In this document: positions 63,548 through 64,000 of the stretch, piece after piece
How positions within the stretch are numbered: position 1 is the first letter of the stretch
How the letters are laid out: each line of letters opens with the position of its first letter
Assembly: GCA_964016885.1 (NCBI GenBank)
Contig: OZ024752.1
Location: 12,338,001-12,402,000, forward strand
DNA: 64,000 nt
DNA from: Eledone cirrhosa
Lineage: Eukaryota
Reading direction: 5' to 3'
Notes under the pieces: model-generated
Told to the model about the DNA's origin: nothing
What the model saw: the letters and a program-made list of their open reading frames with translations, nothing else
Database searches by the model: none
Program-made: the position numbers and the translations under genes

Positions 63548-63834
63548 TTATGCGTGTTTCACAGAGGATTGGCTCAAGGTGACCCATAGGAGTTATGGAC
63601 CTGACTCCAGTATTAATCTGCTCCTCAGACTGCTTCCAGTTAGCACCAAAACAAGTCTTTGACTGACCAATACACATTCCAAAATGCGCCCACATGTGCG
63701 CACACACACACGAATCCTTAATTGCTCGTGTGCTCACATAAATACGCACAAGAATACCTGTGAATCACACCAGCATAGCAGCCCCTTCAATTACACCACA
63801 ATACACACATGCCCCCACAGAAAAATAGGGCCAA

Positions 63835-63877
<43 letters not shown>

Positions 63878-64000
63878 TCTCAGCCCACATACCACAACAA
63901 AAATATATCTTTTGTCACACCACCAGTCTGACGAGTCAGGTCCATAACTCCTATGTGTTACCTTCAGCCAATCCTCTGTGAAACACCCATAACAGCTCGA

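Overview
This is AT-rich, repeat-dense animal genomic DNA with (TA)n/(CAT)n microsatellites, RTE LINEs and tRNA-derived SINEs. The repeat landscape resembles an octopod cephalopod (inference). One protein-coding gene is reconstructed on the minus strand: sphingosine-1-phosphate lyase (SGPL1). It has 14 GT-AG-bounded coding exons from 61112 to the stop at 19217, giving 1623 nt or 540 codons plus stop, with all junction phases compatible; the initiator exon is uncertain. The rest is transposon-derived: RTE/CR1 LINE fragments, two SINE families, TTAA/TA/hAT MITEs, mariner and maT remnants, Helitrons and many TE-seeded minisatellites. The long ORFs in the ORF track are nearly all tandem-repeat artefacts. 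The most notable unannotated signals are: (1) several type I hammerhead ribozyme motifs in foldback, (TA)n-anchored Penelope-like remnants, including a tandem pair antisense in an SGPL1 intron and a palindromic back-to-back pair downstream of the gene; (2) an orphan, stop-free coiled-coil exon from an unrelated gene inside an SGPL1 intron; (3) serial SINE insertion at one target site plus a 15x amplified SINE head. Repeat boundaries are read by eye and approximate; exon coordinates were checked base by base.
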